Positions 1 to 20,608 of a DNA stretch of 64,000 nt are shown piece by piece. Every line of letters begins with the position of its first letter. The first letter of the stretch is position 1. A program made the translations under genes and the position numbers. The notes under the pieces were generated by a model, which was given only the letters and a program-made list of their open reading frames with translations, searched no databases and had not been told where the DNA came from. Source of the stretch: Macrostomum hystrix (taxonomy: Eukaryota; Animalia; Platyhelminthes); the NCBI GenBank assembly GCA_950097015.1, contig CATNEN010000002.1:8246001-8310000 (forward strand), in the 5' to 3' direction.

Positions 1-348
1 TAACCTCTCCAAATGTACATAGCCTAAACTATTCTAACCCCCGCTCACTCCTTAACCTCTCTAAATGTGCATAGCCTAAACTATTCTAACCCCCTCTCAC
101 TCCTAACCTCTCCAAATGTACATAGCCTAAACTATTCTAACCCCCTCTCACTCCTAACCTCTCCAAATGTACATAGCCTAAACTATTCTAACCCCCGCTC
201 ACTCCTAACCTCTCCAAATGTACATAGCCTAAACTATTCTAACCCCCGCTCACTCCTAACCTCTCCAAATGTACATAGCCTAAACTATTCTAACCCCCGC
301 TCACTCCTAACCTCTCCAAATGTAACATAGCCGATACTATTCTAACCC
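1..348. repeat. Minisatellite, 51-bp unit, about 7 copies (Tbx20 intron)
   Basis: Unit TAACCTCTCCAAATGTACATAGCCTAAACTATTCTAACCCCCGCTCACTCC. Confidence 0.95.
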
Positions 349-461
349 TTCGCTCACTCCTGACCCCTGAATATACTTAAAAACCCTTCTGACCATTTAA
401 GGCTCATTAAAGATCTAATTTTATTCCAAATCCTTTGCAAATGGCTCCTGCCATTCCGCAG

Positions 462-3400
462 ATAGTGCTGAACTCCATGCACAAGTACCAGCCGCGCATC
501 CACCTGCTGCGAGTCGGCCAGGCCACCGGCGCCGGCCTGAATCCGGGCTCCGGGCACGTCAGCAACTTTGCCGCGCTGCAGAGTCTAGATCAGAAGAAGT
601 TCCTGTTTCCTGAGACAGTGTTCATTGCAGTCACGGCCTACCAGAATCAGCTGGTGAGTTAGCAATGAGTGCGCGGAGGCCACGAGAGTTCTCGGGAACT
701 AGAGGCCACTAATTGAATATCGCCTTATCGAGTCAATGAGTCGATGCGAGGAATTGAAGGCTGAGCTGCACCCTCCCATAATCTCTGTTCGCATCTCCGC
801 GGGCCGGCCCTCTAAACTCCGCATTTCCTATCAATCACGCGAGAACTATGCAGAAAATGGCAGGGGGAGTCGAGACAGCCTCGACCAGCGCCTTTCACGA
901 ATCGGTAGCGGCAACTTGTTGCGGGAGGCGGGGCAGAGGGGGCCATCAGTTAGCGCGCGCTCTTAATTGGGCTAATCAAGTGAGGATTAATTTGATTCCG
1001 CACGTCTCTTCTATAGAAATCTCACGCCGTGGCACCCGCTGGGGCAACTCCCGTGACGGGATATCGCAGAAAAAATCCCCGAGACGGGATAAATGGGAGG
1101 CTGGGGCGGGTGGCGAGAAACTTTCTTTCCCAAGTCCTCACTTTGACGGGGGGGCCGGCGGTGCTAATCTACTGGGGCACGGACTGGGGGCAATGGCAGA
1201 TCCTGGAGGATTAGCTAGGATTTGTTGAGCATTTCTCAGAATCTCAAATTTCTTTCCGCTGTCCGAGGCGAGATTAACAATGCTCTGCCGCCCCGTTGCA
1301 GATCACCAAGCTGAAAATCGACAGGAACCCGTTCGCCAAAGGGTTCAGGGACTCGTCTAGACTAACCGACTACGAGAGGTGAGCTGAGCACACTTTTTAG
1401 AGGCGGTGCGCGCATTCCCGCTTTTTCAATCATTAAAGAAGAACCGGCAGTCCGCGTTCTAATTAGGACTAAAAAGAGCGATAAAAAACTGATATGTCTC
1501 ATTCCCGCTCTACCTGTCTTCATTCCCGCTCTACCTGTCTTCATTCCCGCTATACCTGTCTTCATTTCCGCTCTACCTGTCTTCATTCCCGCTCTACCTG
1601 TCTTCATTCCCACTCTACCTGTCTTCATTCCCGCTCTACCTGTCTTCATTCCCACTCTACCTGTCTTCATTCCCGCTCTACCTGTCTTCATTCCCGCTCT
1701 ACCTGTCTTCATTCCCACTCTACCTGTCTTCATTCCCGCTCTACCTGTCTTCATTCCCGCTCTACCTGTCTTCATTCCCGCTCTACCTGTCTTCATTCCC
1801 GCTCTACCTGTCTTCATTCCCGCTCTACCTGTCTTCATTCCCACTCTACCTGTCTTCATTCCCGCTCTACCTGTCTTCATTCCCACTCTACCTGTCTTCA
1901 TTCCCGCTCTCTCCAGATTAAGATAATTTGGATTCATGTGAAGAAGTGAGGCAGCAGGTGGTTCGATTATTTACTTCAGAAATTCTGCGATCCGCAGACA
2001 CTAAAAGGCACTTAGCATCAAAAGGTCCAATATGCAAGACGGTGCCCGCCTTGGGATAAAAGCTGAACAGCCAGCTGGACGCCCCACTCATCCCCAGCAA
2101 AAAATCCCTTAAACTATCCACCTGCGGGAGTGGGGCGGCAGGTCATCGTAAAATAGCTCTGGGTCCACGAGGGAGGGAAGCTGTTTTCGATGATCAAGGT
2201 CGAGGAATTGACATGCAACGCGATACGGGGATTATCTTAATAGATGCCTCATATTGGCGTTCCAGCCACTCCCCTGCAGAAGCGGTAACTTGTCGCTTGT
2301 CTGTGCTTGAATACAGTTCCCTACACAGGCCTCAAGCTCAAGTGTTTTTGGGATCTGAATTGAACCGATGAATCAAGCACTTCCACTATCGATAGTATAA
2401 GCATCACATTCCCGGTGCGGGGAAGTCCCTGCTCTCGCGCTGCGGCCCCAGATTTCCTAAATCATCTGGAAAGCGGGCCGGTTGGCCTGTGTTTATTTAC
2501 GCAAATCCTCAAGAGCTGAAGAGGGCCGCGCGGGAAATGCGAAAGACTTGTAAAAAGTTGAAGCGCTCTGGTAGCGGGGTGGGCGCGGGCTCGACACTGT
2601 CAGGATTATCGGCGGCAGCCGCCACAATCACAACAATAATGCCGCTATTAATGTCAATATGAATTGCTGATTGTCAAGCCGCGGTATATAAGCGGGCCAT
2701 TGTTTAACACTGCGGCCTGCCCACCATGGCAGTCAAGTGGCCCTCAGCCCCGCCCCCCGGAGACTGCCGCAATGTCCGTGGCGTCATGTATCATTGCCCG
2801 TCTCAGCCTCCCCTTCACAATGCGCTGCAATTCTAAACAGTCAGCGAATCTGAAATTCCCCACTCCCCTTCACAGTGCGCTGGGGATCTTGAATTGCATT
2901 GCGCCCCATGAAGTGGCACCTTCAATATACGGAGATTGCAGGGCCTTGTGTAAACTTTCGGGCCGAGTAACAAGCCGTTTAACTTGAACACTCGGCTGCA
3001 GTGAAGATTTGTTTTTTCAGCCCATCCGACAAAAAATCCTATAGGCCATGAAGCAGCAAAAAGATAATGATAACCTGCCATTCGATAAGAAACTATTAAC
3101 ATGCTTTTTCATTCCCGAAATGTGAAAGTTGATTTCTAAAATAAGCACAAACGATAACTAGCTATTTGCGCAATGATAAAGCGGTTATCGAAGCAGATGT
3201 CGCCCGTGTTTAACAAAACTTTTTTACAAGAGATTTTAAAGCCAGATTGCAGTAATGATGAAATTGCTTCAGCGCCAAATGCGTTGTCTGGAGAAAGACA
3301 GAATAACATCAGTTTATTGAAACCGGTTTTCAAGGTTGTTTTTTCGCTAAAAATTAAAATGAATTTTTCACATTCGGTCTGGAGCTTGTGTGTGTGTCTG

Positions 3401-4081
3401 CTGATGGTCAGTGAGTTGTGCTCTATGATTGAAGCGAGATATAGCATTTGGATACACACAGCAGTGAATTTGTGACGCAAAACTTTATTTAAACGTTATA
3501 AACTAGAGACCAGATAGAAACCAAGCTTGAGCTCAGACTGAGATTTTAATGGCCAGTGAAAATCACGAATCTCAGCTTCACACCTTGCAACTGATTCCAG
3601 GGAAAGCATGGAGCAGCTGCTCGCTCACTCGACAGTCAGCGCCGTGTTTCACCAGCACCAGCAGCACCTTCACCAGCACCAGCAGCTGCAGCACCAGCCG
3701 CCGCACCTGCCCTATCACCGGTCCGTCTCGCCGGCCACCGCAGACGAGAAATCCGCCGCCAAGGCTGGCGTTCCGCCAAGATTCTGGGCGGCCGCTGCCG
3801 CGGCAGCCGCAGCAGCCGCCGCTGTGTCCTCGGCTTCATCGAAGCATCACCAGCAGCAACAGCAGTCATCGCCCCATCAGCACCAGCAGCCGCCGCCGAC
3901 TCATCCTCTGGGACTGCCAGCCCTGCCGCCGCCAGGTGGCTGGGGAAAACTGCCCCCTCTTCTACCACTGTTCATGCAGCCTCCACGACTGCCGCTAGCC
4001 GCAGCCGCTGCGGCCGCCTTCTTACAGCAGCAGCAGCAGCAGCAGCAGGGACACACAAGCGAGCACAGGGGCAATATGTGA
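462..4081 (+). CDS. tbx20: T-box transcription factor, Tbx20/H15/midline subfamily (3' part; 5' exons upstream of window)
   Basis: Exons 462-653, 1302-1378 and 3601-4081 have canonical AG/GT and matching phases (750 nt). Spliced product: [15 protein letters not shown]...[16 protein letters not shown]|[26 protein letters not shown]|ESMEQLL. The post-T-box [13 protein letters not shown] motif is typical of Tbx20. His/Gln/Ala-rich C-terminus. Confidence 0.92.
1497..1910. repeat. Minisatellite, 21-bp pyrimidine-rich unit (Tbx20 intron)
   Basis: Unit CTCTACCTGTCTTCATTCCCG. Confidence 0.95.
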
Positions 4082-4684
4082 CATGCTGTGATCTAGTGAC
4101 CCGGTTGCTTGCTTTGCCCAGTCGGCCCATTTTTTCTTCCCACTATTTCCATCGCATGCCACAATGGGAAGCATTAAAGCAACAATTATTGAATTTCATT
4201 GTTCACAATTTGTACAAAGCCTTTGTGGTCTGATGGCATGCTAAATTTTCAGTGTCGCCTGTACTGCAATGACACTCGAGTGTTTTTAACTCAAGCTCAT
4301 ATTTATTTATTAACTGTGAAAATGCAATATGCTAGCTGTCATAATTCATTTTTGGTTTGATTTGTCAACTCTTCTTTCCTTTAAAATAATTTGCTTTTCT
4401 AATCGGAATTGAATCGCTCCAGCTTGACAATTTGCTGCTAATTGCTTTGCCTTTCGTTGGATTCTCAATAGCTGCTGCTGCTGCTGCTGTTATTATAATA
4501 ACGGTTATGCTGACTGCATGCGAATACGAATTTAAAGTCGGTATTTTATAGAAGTACAAATACACGGTCAGGTCAGCGGTATTATATAAACATATAAATT
4601 GCCCACTATTGCTGGACATGCGAATTGTAAGCTGCTAATTAAAACTAAACTTTTGTTATAGTCTTCCTTTTTTTGATGAAATCT

Positions 4685-5333
4685 GACACACAATTGCTGA
4701 CACCGGCTGACACTGACACACAATTGCTGACACCTGCTGAAACTGACACACAATTGCTGACACCTGCTGAAACTGACACACAGTTGCTGACACTTGCTGA
4801 AACTGACACACAATTGCTGACACCTGCTGACACTGACACACAATTGCTGACACCTGCTGAAACTGACACACAGTTGCTGACACTTGCTGACACTGACACA
4901 CAATTGCTGACACCTGCTGAAACTGACACTTCCAGACACCTGCTGACACTGACACAATTGCTGACACCTGCTGACACTGACACACAATCGCTGACACCTG
5001 CTGACATTGACACAATTGTTGACACCTGCTGACACTGACACACAATCGCTGACACCTGCTGAAACTGACACACAATCGCTGACACCTGCTGACACTGACA
5101 CAATTGCTGACACCTGCTGACACTGACACAATTGCTGACACCTGCTGAAACTGACACACAATTGCTGACACCTGCTGACACTGACACACAATTGCTGACA
5201 CCTGCTGAAACTGACACACAGTTGCTGACACTTGCTGAAACTGACACACAGTTGCTGACACTTGCTGAAACTGACACACAGTTGCTGACACTTGCTGAAA
5301 CTGACACACAGTTGCTGACACTTGCTGAAACTG
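4685..5333. repeat. Minisatellite, about 30-bp unit with length variants
   Basis: Unit GCTGACACCTGCTGAAACTGACACACAATT. Confidence 0.95.
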
Positions 5334-6125
5334 TTACATTTGCAGAAACTGCAGTCAGCTAGCACATCGTTGCAGTGTCTTGCATTTAGCTTCTCGAGAA
5401 ACCGCAACATCTTTCAAGTCCGCAGCATCAGTAACGGAGAGTCCTCAAATGAAGAAGACTTTTATTTAGTCACCGATGGTTGCGATGGCGCAGGCTTACA
5501 GCTCGGGGGGAGGCTGAAATCAGCCCTCAGCTGCGGCAGATAGCAGCCACATAAGAGCATGGCCATGTCCCAAGTGACTCAGCTGTGACAAATTGACTGT
5601 CGTTCTTGGCGACGAAGCGAGTCCGTCGCTAGAGGCACCGCGCTGCGCTTTATCAGTCAGCGGAGTCGGGTTAATCACATCCCGGGCCAGCGACGGCTCA
5701 ATCTCGCTCCCAGGCTCCCGAATCGGCCCCATCTGCGGGGTGGCGAGCCGTAAAATATCTTTCCGAGCTGACGCTCAGATAGCGATCTGATTGGCAGCGC
5801 GGGGCGGAGCTCCGGAGATCGGTTCGGGAAGACAACACGAACGTGTCCGAGCCAGCGGGACGTAGCAATTTTTTTAGCTATATTTAAATGGAGAACTCAC
5901 TGAACCAACATCAATTTATTCTGCCTCACCCAACATAGCCATGCTGCTGCTGCTGCTTCTGCTGCCTGACGGATGGCTAAGGCTGGACCAAAAATGAACA
6001 GCCAGCAATCTTTCACCCGTTTAAGAAACTGGACTGGACCAAAACACGGCTTCGCAATGCGATGACTTGAGCATACCTAACTTAAACGGCGACTCACTTG
6101 CTTCCTAATTACCTAATTCACACAT

Positions 6126-6372
6126 CTGAGCACTCCAGACCGTGTATTTGAGCACTCCTAGATTGTGAATCTGAGCACTCTTAGATTTTGTATCTGAGCA
6201 CTCCTAGATTGTGTATCTGAGCACTCCTAGATTGTGTATCTGAGCACTCCTAGATTGTGTATCTGAGCACTCCTAGATTCAATATCTGAGCACTCCTAGA
6301 CCAAATAGCTCGTATCTGAGCATTTCTAGATTAAATATCGGAGCACTCCTAGATTAAATATATGAGCACCTT
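6126..6372. repeat. Minisatellite, 23-bp unit
   Basis: Unit TGAGCACTCCTAGATTGTGTATC. Confidence 0.9.
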
Positions 6373-7018
6373 AGATAGGATAACTAGGCACTCAAATTAG
6401 TTTTCTCGGTTGCGGAAATAAATAATAGCAGATTAAAAAGCATTTAAACGGATCAACAGGTTTTAAATTAACAGACCGACGACAAGAAAACAAAAAGAAA
6501 AAAACAGGTAAGTGACTGGAAAAATAAATTTGCATTTTATTTGCACTGTTTTCGTAGGCTGTGACGGTCGGACAACAGACTCTAGAGTACACGTTTAACA
6601 AAATAGATCCAGGAATAAATAGTTTTACATAATAAATATAAAAATTGACTGATTATATTAAGCTTAAAGTGTCCAGACTTGGTAGACAAAAAATAACTAA
6701 ATACAGTTTTCTCTACTAAAAAAATCAATTCCATCTGATTTTACCTGCCTCCGACCAGTCTGGATATTTAATGAGTAGCATCATCTTAAGAGCCTTTGCA
6801 ATTAAAGTAATAAAAAACTATCATATTATAACAGAAAAAACACTTTTATATTAAATGGTTTGCACACACAATACTTGACTGAGTATGCTTAAGAGGTAAC
6901 TAAATCACGCCAGTAAAAACTACAACACACACACACTTAGAATTTTAATAGAAACCACAGGAGCACAATGGCACAGGATTTAGATAAAAAATTCTCAGCA
7001 AAAAAACAAAGCAAAAAT

Positions 7019-7588
7019 GGGGTGCAGGAGTGTGGGGTGGGTTCAGTAGTGTGGGGTGGGGTGCAGGAGTGTGGGGTGGGTGCAGTAATGTGGGGTGGGT
7101 GCAGGAGTGTGGGGTGGGTGCAGGAGTGTGGGGTGGGTGCAGGAGTGTGGGGTGGGTGCAGGAGTGTGGGGTGGGTGCAGGAGTGTGGAGTGGGTGCAGG
7201 AGTGTGGGGTGGGTGCAGGAGTGTGGGGTTGGGTGCAGGAGTGTGGGGTGGGTGCAGGAGTGTGGGGTGGGTGCAGGAGTGTGGGGTGGGTGCAGGAGTG
7301 TGGGGTTGGGTGCAGTAGTGTGGGGTTGGGTGCAGTAGTGTGGGGTGGGTGCAGGAGTATGGGGTGGGTGCAGTAATGTAGGGTGGGGTGCAGGAGTGTG
7401 GAGTGGGTGCAGGAGTGTAGGGTGGGGTGGAGGAGTGTGGGGTGGGGTGCAGGAGTGTGGGGTTGGGTGCAGAAGTGTGGGGTGGGTGCAGGAGTGTAGA
7501 GTGGGGTGCAGGAGTGTGGGGTGGGGGCAGGAGTATAGGGTGGGGTGGAGGAGTGTGGGGTTGGGTGCAGGAGTGTGGGGTGGGTGCA
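7019..7588. repeat. G-rich minisatellite, 19-20-bp unit
   Basis: Unit GGGTGGGTGCAGGAGTGTG. Confidence 0.95.
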
Positions 7589-8741
7589 CAGTCCCATCAA
7601 TTAATTGATAATCAGCGGCAGAAGTTTAAAAAAATATTGAAACTACTGCTCAACTTTGCAGGCAAACCGCAACTAGGTTGCAAAAGCTGAGCAAAGGAAA
7701 AACACAATTTCCGCCTTATGCTACTGATCAGTCAGTAGAATCAAAGCAAAACACGATAGAGAGAAGCAATCTTCTGTACAACAGCTGCAGCCGAAAGATG
7801 CTTAACGAGGCAGGAGTGAATGCATTGAGACGTTGAAAAATGGCTGACAGGTCAGGTAAAACTGTAGACGTCAGTGAAGGGCTAAGCAAACAATGGAACA
7901 GATCGACTGCAGCTGGATTAGGCGAAAACAGAGCGGTTTGGAAAAATAGCAATATATTAAGAAGCACGCTGCAAAAAACACTTACTCACTACTCGCGAGT
8001 AGGTCAGTAAGCAGAAAAGCAAAAATAAGTCGACAAAGTTTGCGCCAAAAATGGAGTGAAAAAGATTGCGAAAATAGTTAGAAATCTAAAATTAATTGGG
8101 AAGCTTGGGCGCACTGGGACAGAAGACTTTCATGAAGGATAAATATTGCTGCGGTAGAATGAAAACAATTAATAGCCCAGCCCTATAAAGTCACACAGCC
8201 TGTCTAACAGGTGACAGTGCTTGAAACGTAAGCAGAATGATGAGAAGTGCACAATACACACTGTGCTACTCATAGTAAACAATACGCCCATTGTTATAGA
8301 TTGTAAGTTAACCATGGAAAAGTGTTTTACCGATTAACAAAAATAGGAATTTACTATACGACAAAATCTTCAATAAAGAAGCAGGATTGCTGTGACTTGA
8401 TTAACAAAAAGAATGCATTTAAATTATAACAGAATATTAAATACACTGTTCAACATTTACAAAACAAACTAAACAGCTGACGATATAGAAAGAAAAAAGA
8501 GCAAATTTGAAATCTTTAATTTGATAATCCGAGGCAAAAAACACGCAGTGCAAATTGCATTTTGTTTTACAGGTAGAAAAATAGGCAGAAATTCTCTAAA
8601 CTCAAATTACCTGCGCGTGGCAAAAGCAACTTTGAAAATCAATAAAATCACTTGTGGCTAAGCGTCCTCGAAATCTCACTTAGTTGAGAAAATTCCTTAA
8701 AATCCCACTATTAGTTATGAAAAATCCTAAAATCTCATCCT

Positions 8742-9023
8742 TACTTAAGCATCCTAAAATCCCATCCTTAGTTAAGCATCCTAAAATCCCATCCTTAGTT
8801 AAGCATCCTAAAATCCCATCCTTAGTTAAGCATCCTAAAATCCCATCCTTAGTTAAGCATCCTAAAATCCCATCCTTAGTTAAGCATCCTAAACTCCCAT
8901 CCTTAGTTAAGCATCCTAAAATCCCATCCTTAGTTAAGCATCCTAAAATCCCATCCTTAGTTAAGCATCCTAAAATCCCATCCTTAGTTAAGCATCCTAA
9001 AATCCCATCCTTAGTTAAGCATC
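8742..9023. repeat. Minisatellite, 27-bp unit, just 3' of Scm stop
   Basis: Unit TAAGCATCCTAAAATCCCATCCTTAGT. Confidence 0.95.
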
Positions 9024-9141
9024 ATAGAAATTTTAAGTTAAAAATCTCATACTATGAGTAGTCTGTATGGAGTTATACAATTAGTAATAGTGCTCAAACC
9101 GTTCGCCGCACAGTAAATGCTTTGAGCACATGCTCACAGAC

Positions 9142-15342
<6,201 letters not shown>

Positions 15343-18300
15343 TCAGGATTTTTATAACTATTAACCCAAGACTGACAAAGCTGGCACACAATGCTTGACA
15401 GGCTGGCCTATGGCATGGCAGTTGATTTCTTGTTTGTGCTGCAACATAATACATAATAGAGGATGAGAGTATAGCTAACTGTACAGTATATGCCAAAAAA
15501 TTAACAAAATTACCTGCTTACTATTCCATTCCAGCATTACTAGCTAACTGAACATGAGTTCAAAAATAAAAGCATTCACTATTGGTTAGGTTATTGGATT
15601 TGTCAATGATTATAACAAAATGCCGTGTGTTAACTGTTAGGGCATACTAGTACGTTAATGGCTCTAGCCATTCAAATTGAATTGAATTCAAACATCCAAT
15701 TGAGTTCCTGACTTATTAGGTATACAGTTAAAACCAGATGAAGTTAATTAGTAATGTACTGTCTTGCCAAGGCCATTGCCATGGATGGCCTGCTATATTG
15801 AAGGGGCCAATACTATGCAGAAGATGAATACCATGCATTTTATCAAGATAGTCATTTAGGTATTTTATTTGTATTCTTCAATTGTGATATGTATACACAT
15901 TGTTCATTAGCTTTTTTGCTTTTTTATTCTGCAAATAAAATTCTTAAATTAACATAAGGTCTACTTTAACTTACTACAGTTTCTAGTTAACAGACTATAT
16001 TTTATTGTATTATGTGGCAGCCACTCTCTCCAGCGCCCTGCATGGTGCTAGGGAGGCCACCCCAACCTTGACTAGCACTTGTGCTGGGCCGGGGCAGTGT
16101 GCATAAGGCTTAAGCTCATGTACACACGCTGGCCTATAAATCACTATCTTTTGGAACATGCGGCACTTAACCTATTGTCTGCCAAATAAAATGAAACATT
16201 TTGTGGCTGCATGTAAAGCTAGTGTCAAAGCTACACTTTGTCCATTTAATTTAGGAATTGTATCTGCAACTGCATTAGATTTTAAGCAACTAAGTATTGA
16301 CATAAGTCAAATACAATATCATAATGTGCCAATGGCATGGCAAGGGACATGCCTGGACATAGCAGGATGCTTCATGTGGTAGAAGTTCAAGAAGTCGGCC
16401 TAGCTGTGGCATATTGTGCAGATGAAGGCACAAGGCTGTTCTGCTAGAAACTAATGGCCCTGATATACCTACCAGCTCATCATAGCTATAGATAATACCT
16501 TTGGTGTAACTGCAGACACTGCTATGAACAAGTGCTTAGTGCAATTGTGCCAGTATGTTGACAACACTTGGCTGTCAAGTAGCATCTAGTTACTCTGCAA
16601 GCTTTCTATCTATCAGCAGCTAGAGTGTATCAACAACTCAGTCAAGGGTTGGCATGTAGTATTGAATCACTAAGTAAAGCCAAAAAGGCAACCTAGGACT
16701 GTACATCCTTGTTAAACTTCTGGCAATACAACCAATGCTTGCTGTTTGGAATGCATGTCAGTTGGGTGCCTCACTGGAGAATGCACAATATGAGCAATGA
16801 ATTAATTTACTATTTATCACTGCTGCAATAACAAAAATGACATTTTAGACTTACTTCACAGTTAAATTGCTTATTTTAGTTTGGCTTCAAAAAGCCTAGT
16901 TATAAACCTTTCTTTATTGAAATAGTCAGATAGCCAGTCACATATTCACATAATCTGCATCAAATTATAATGATAAAATTATATTCTAGGACTATGTTTA
17001 AACATGTAGAAATGCTTATTATATTAGGCCCATTGTATTATTGTAGACAAATTTATGCTAATTTCTTAGAAAAAAATAAATTAAATTAAATATTCCATGT
17101 TTTAATAATGCTTTTTTGTTTAACTTATCTTGGCATATCCAACCTTAAACACAATATATTCCAAATTATTTTTGTTTTGAAAAGTCAACTTGCTCTCTCA
17201 AAATTAAAAAAAAACTGTTCAAGCAAATAAACAGTGTTCATGTTCATGAATTAATAATTTATTTATTGACTAGGCCTACAAGCTGGAAATTGTGTCAGAA
17301 GCAAAGAATTTCTTTTGAAAGATAAGATACAGAGATACAAATGGGTGGATCAAATTTAAATACTATGACCAGAAGGGGATTGAATATGAATATAGCAAAC
17401 TAGTAAAACTATGAACTTATATATGAAATAACTAATAAAAAAGAGAGAGAAATTGTGTGCATATGTAGTAAGATAGTCTCCTAGGGACCAAGCCATGGAG
17501 GCACAAAGCTGCAGTCCATCCCAATTGGCAAACAAAAAATATGTGGTGCCCTTGTAATTAACTTCCTTCAAAACTATTTAGCATAGGCCTACCTTCAGAT
17601 CACTTATCAGAGTGCTTTGGCCACTATAAAGAAAACAGAAAGCTTAGCCCTTTAAACAGTCTAGCCCTGTTCCAGGTGGAGGATGAGGCACAAGCTGAGC
17701 CAAGGCCCTAGCCCTGTCATTGCTTTGGGGATGGGGGATGAAAGAGAAAGAGCATGCAGCAAAGAGGTGGAGTGGCTATGATTACATATTAGTTCATTAA
17801 AAATGAACAAAGAAAATAATATATTTTCATCAATAGAATATTTTTATGACAACAATAGAAAATAGATTAAATTAATGTCGTAGGCCTACTTCTTAACTCC
17901 CACTGCTTTCACCAATTTGTTGTAGGTCTCTTTACTTATCTTACAGCTGCCACTAAGTTGTCATAGACCCTTCTCTTTTCTTTATTATTATTTAAAACTT
18001 GCTCTCTTTACAACCCTTCTCAGTCCTTACAATTTCACTTATTAAATTTCCTTTTAATTCATATGCATATATTGCTTTAAGCTTAACCAGATAGGCTGCT
18101 TTCTTTTCCCAATATGGTAGCGTTCTCGATAGTGTCCGAGCGGCAAGACACTTTCTTTCTCCCGTTACTTTCTCCCGTTACTCTCAATTATCTGGCTTTC
18201 TGGTTTCCCAGTCTTCAAGGCTTCCAATGGACTGGAGTTGTCCAACTTTGCACACAGTGCCAGTCACCAATCTGGGAGTTTACCCTCTGTTCCTTTGGTT

Positions 18301-19192
18301 TTAACACTATTCTGCTTTTGATCAATATCTCCTTCTTTATTCCTTTGAATATTCCTGGCTTGTGTATGAACACGGACCTGCTTTTCCTCTCTCTCTCTAA
18401 ATAAGAACTCTTTGAACACTTTGAAACTTTACTCTCCTTTATTCAGCTTAGAACTGGGCGCGAAGCACCGGTTAAGTTTTCGAGGGCTAAAATGCGCTTG
18501 TATTTATACTAAGAATTGAGGTGGATGACAAAGCATAGTAAAACAAAGACAAAAAGATCGAGGAAAACATTTGGCGGTAATTCAAGTTAGCAATATACGA
18601 TAAATTTGGGCCTGCCTCATTAACAACCTTGACAAGAATTTTTTTTTGCTTTGCCTTTTAACTTTTTAAAATTACCATGGCAGTTGTGAAGTCCCCTTTA
18701 ACTGAAAATAGTGATCTTTTGGTAAAGATCAGTTTTGATGGCCAAACTATATTAGTGCCCCCCCTAAACAATGGCACACCATAGAAGTGCAGCCCCCCAA
18801 AGAAAAATCCTGGCAATGCCACTTTACCCTCTTATACACAGGTAGCTTTACATTGGGACTGGAGATTTAAGACTGTGTCAGGAATATAGCTAGCACAAAG
18901 TATTAGCATATATATAGGATATAGTATACTTAAGTTATTCATTTTAATTTTTAGTTTAAGTTAAGAATCGTGTTTTACTGCTTTGATGCTCTAATGCTGC
19001 CATAAGAGTAAATAAGTACTTAAAATAGATTTAAGTGTTTTACCGTTTAGAAAAATTAGCAGGAGTTTAAGTTAAAATTAAGAGCCCAACAACACAGATG
19101 TAATTGAAATGACTTTATTGGCAAAATGGAACTAAAGAATTTAGATATTGTACAAACAAAAAATCTAACCAGAAAATATAGCTAGCTACTTG

Positions 19193-19484
19193 CAGTGGCG
19201 GCGCAGGACCTCCAGCTGGGGGGGCAGTGGTTGGGTGGTCACCCCCTGGCTGGGTGGTCACCCCCAGAAAAAATTCTTAAAAAAAATCAAAATATAATCA
19301 AAATTAAAATATCAAAAAAAGGTCTCAGGTGACCACCCCCATGAGTGGCCATGACCCATGGGGTGACCACACCTTAGAAAAAATATGGTAAAGTACCAAT
19401 TTTTTTAAGTGGGTGGTCACCCCCTGAGGGTGGTGAGGGGTGTTCACCCAGGGGCAGCCCGACCCCCCCCCTGCGCCGCCACTG
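19193..19484. mobile_element. hAT-family MITE (292 bp)
   Basis: Perfect 15-bp TIR CAGTGGCGGCGCAGG / CCTGCGCCGCCACTG; 8-bp TSD GCTACTTG at 19185-19192 and 19485-19492. Confidence 0.92.
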
Positions 19485-20608
19485 GCTACTTGCTACTTGC
19501 TAGCCGGCTGGCCTAGCTACCTAGTTGTAGTCTAGCCAGTAAGCCAGGCTAGGTTAAATTAAATAGCTAAACGTCGACTGGTTAGCAAACATCTGCTAGT
19601 CAGCTCGAAAATGTTAACAACATTTGTGCTTGTTAGTAATAATTAATAACAAACAAATTTGTAGCATAAGGCCTAGATAGTAACGAAATTACCTTATGAT
19701 CAGAAAAGTATGAGTGTGCGCGCGCACATCGACGCCTGTTTAATACCGGGAAAATATTGTTGACATGACATTTTACAAATAAAAATATATATTTATTGAC
19801 TAATGATAAAAATTATAATCATTAAGCAAAAACAAACAAAAACTCTGTTTTTCATCAAACTTTGTTTTATTAATTAAATAATTAATACAAATGTCAACTA
19901 ATACAAGAAATATATTTCTTAATGATTTGTAATCATGTCTCTACATCAGATCAGATCAGCATTTTACCAACATTTGTCGTATCGCGACAAATTAATTTCT
20001 CGTATCACTTCAAGTTAATAAAGTAACGAACATTTAACAAACATTTTTGTTACATATTTAAATTTTTTTTACAAAATCATAAATTTGGATTGCTAGAGCA
20101 TAAGTCTTCAGTGTGACAGTGGCAAAATTACAAAACATTTGTATCTTTAATATTTAAGAGGAGTTGTTTTATTAGTAAATAAAATGTCATTAAATTCAAA
20201 GAGAAATCCATTTTAGCTTAGCTTGAATTATAACTGTTGGGCTTTTTCGTATGCAGAAAGCCTTTCCAAATATAGAAATAATAACTTAATGCACTTATTA
20301 TCTTGGATATATACAAACATTCTGGCCAATATTTTAGGCCTAACAATTAATAGTTAGACACGCCACACATACATACATAGTTACCATAGTTGCCAAAAAA
20401 ACTTTCTCTAATATGGAATAATATGAATCATTGGCCAAGTAGTAATTTAAAAAATCTGCAATGAAATATCACCAATATTCTACTTCCATTCGTTATATTA
20501 TTATTTGTTTGCAAATGACAGATAACGACAAAAAACAAGTTTAATGGTAACAAAAAGTCAGTAGTTTGGTCACACAGTTCTGAAAAGTCTTGGTCAGTCT
20601 TTCTTCTT

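Noticed and set aside
3136-3480. Opposing 100-114-aa ORFs in the Tbx20 intron
   Set aside because: AT-rich, no motifs; not needed, since exon 1378 splices in frame to 3601.
67-9061. Repetitive ORFs at 67, 1362, 1494, 4568-5410, 6945-7690 and 8684
   Set aside because: All are translations of tandem repeats in introns or intergenic DNA.
17356-17571. ORF EVNYKGTTYFLFANWDG in the AT-rich island
   Set aside because: No recognisable family or partner exons; cannot be supported.
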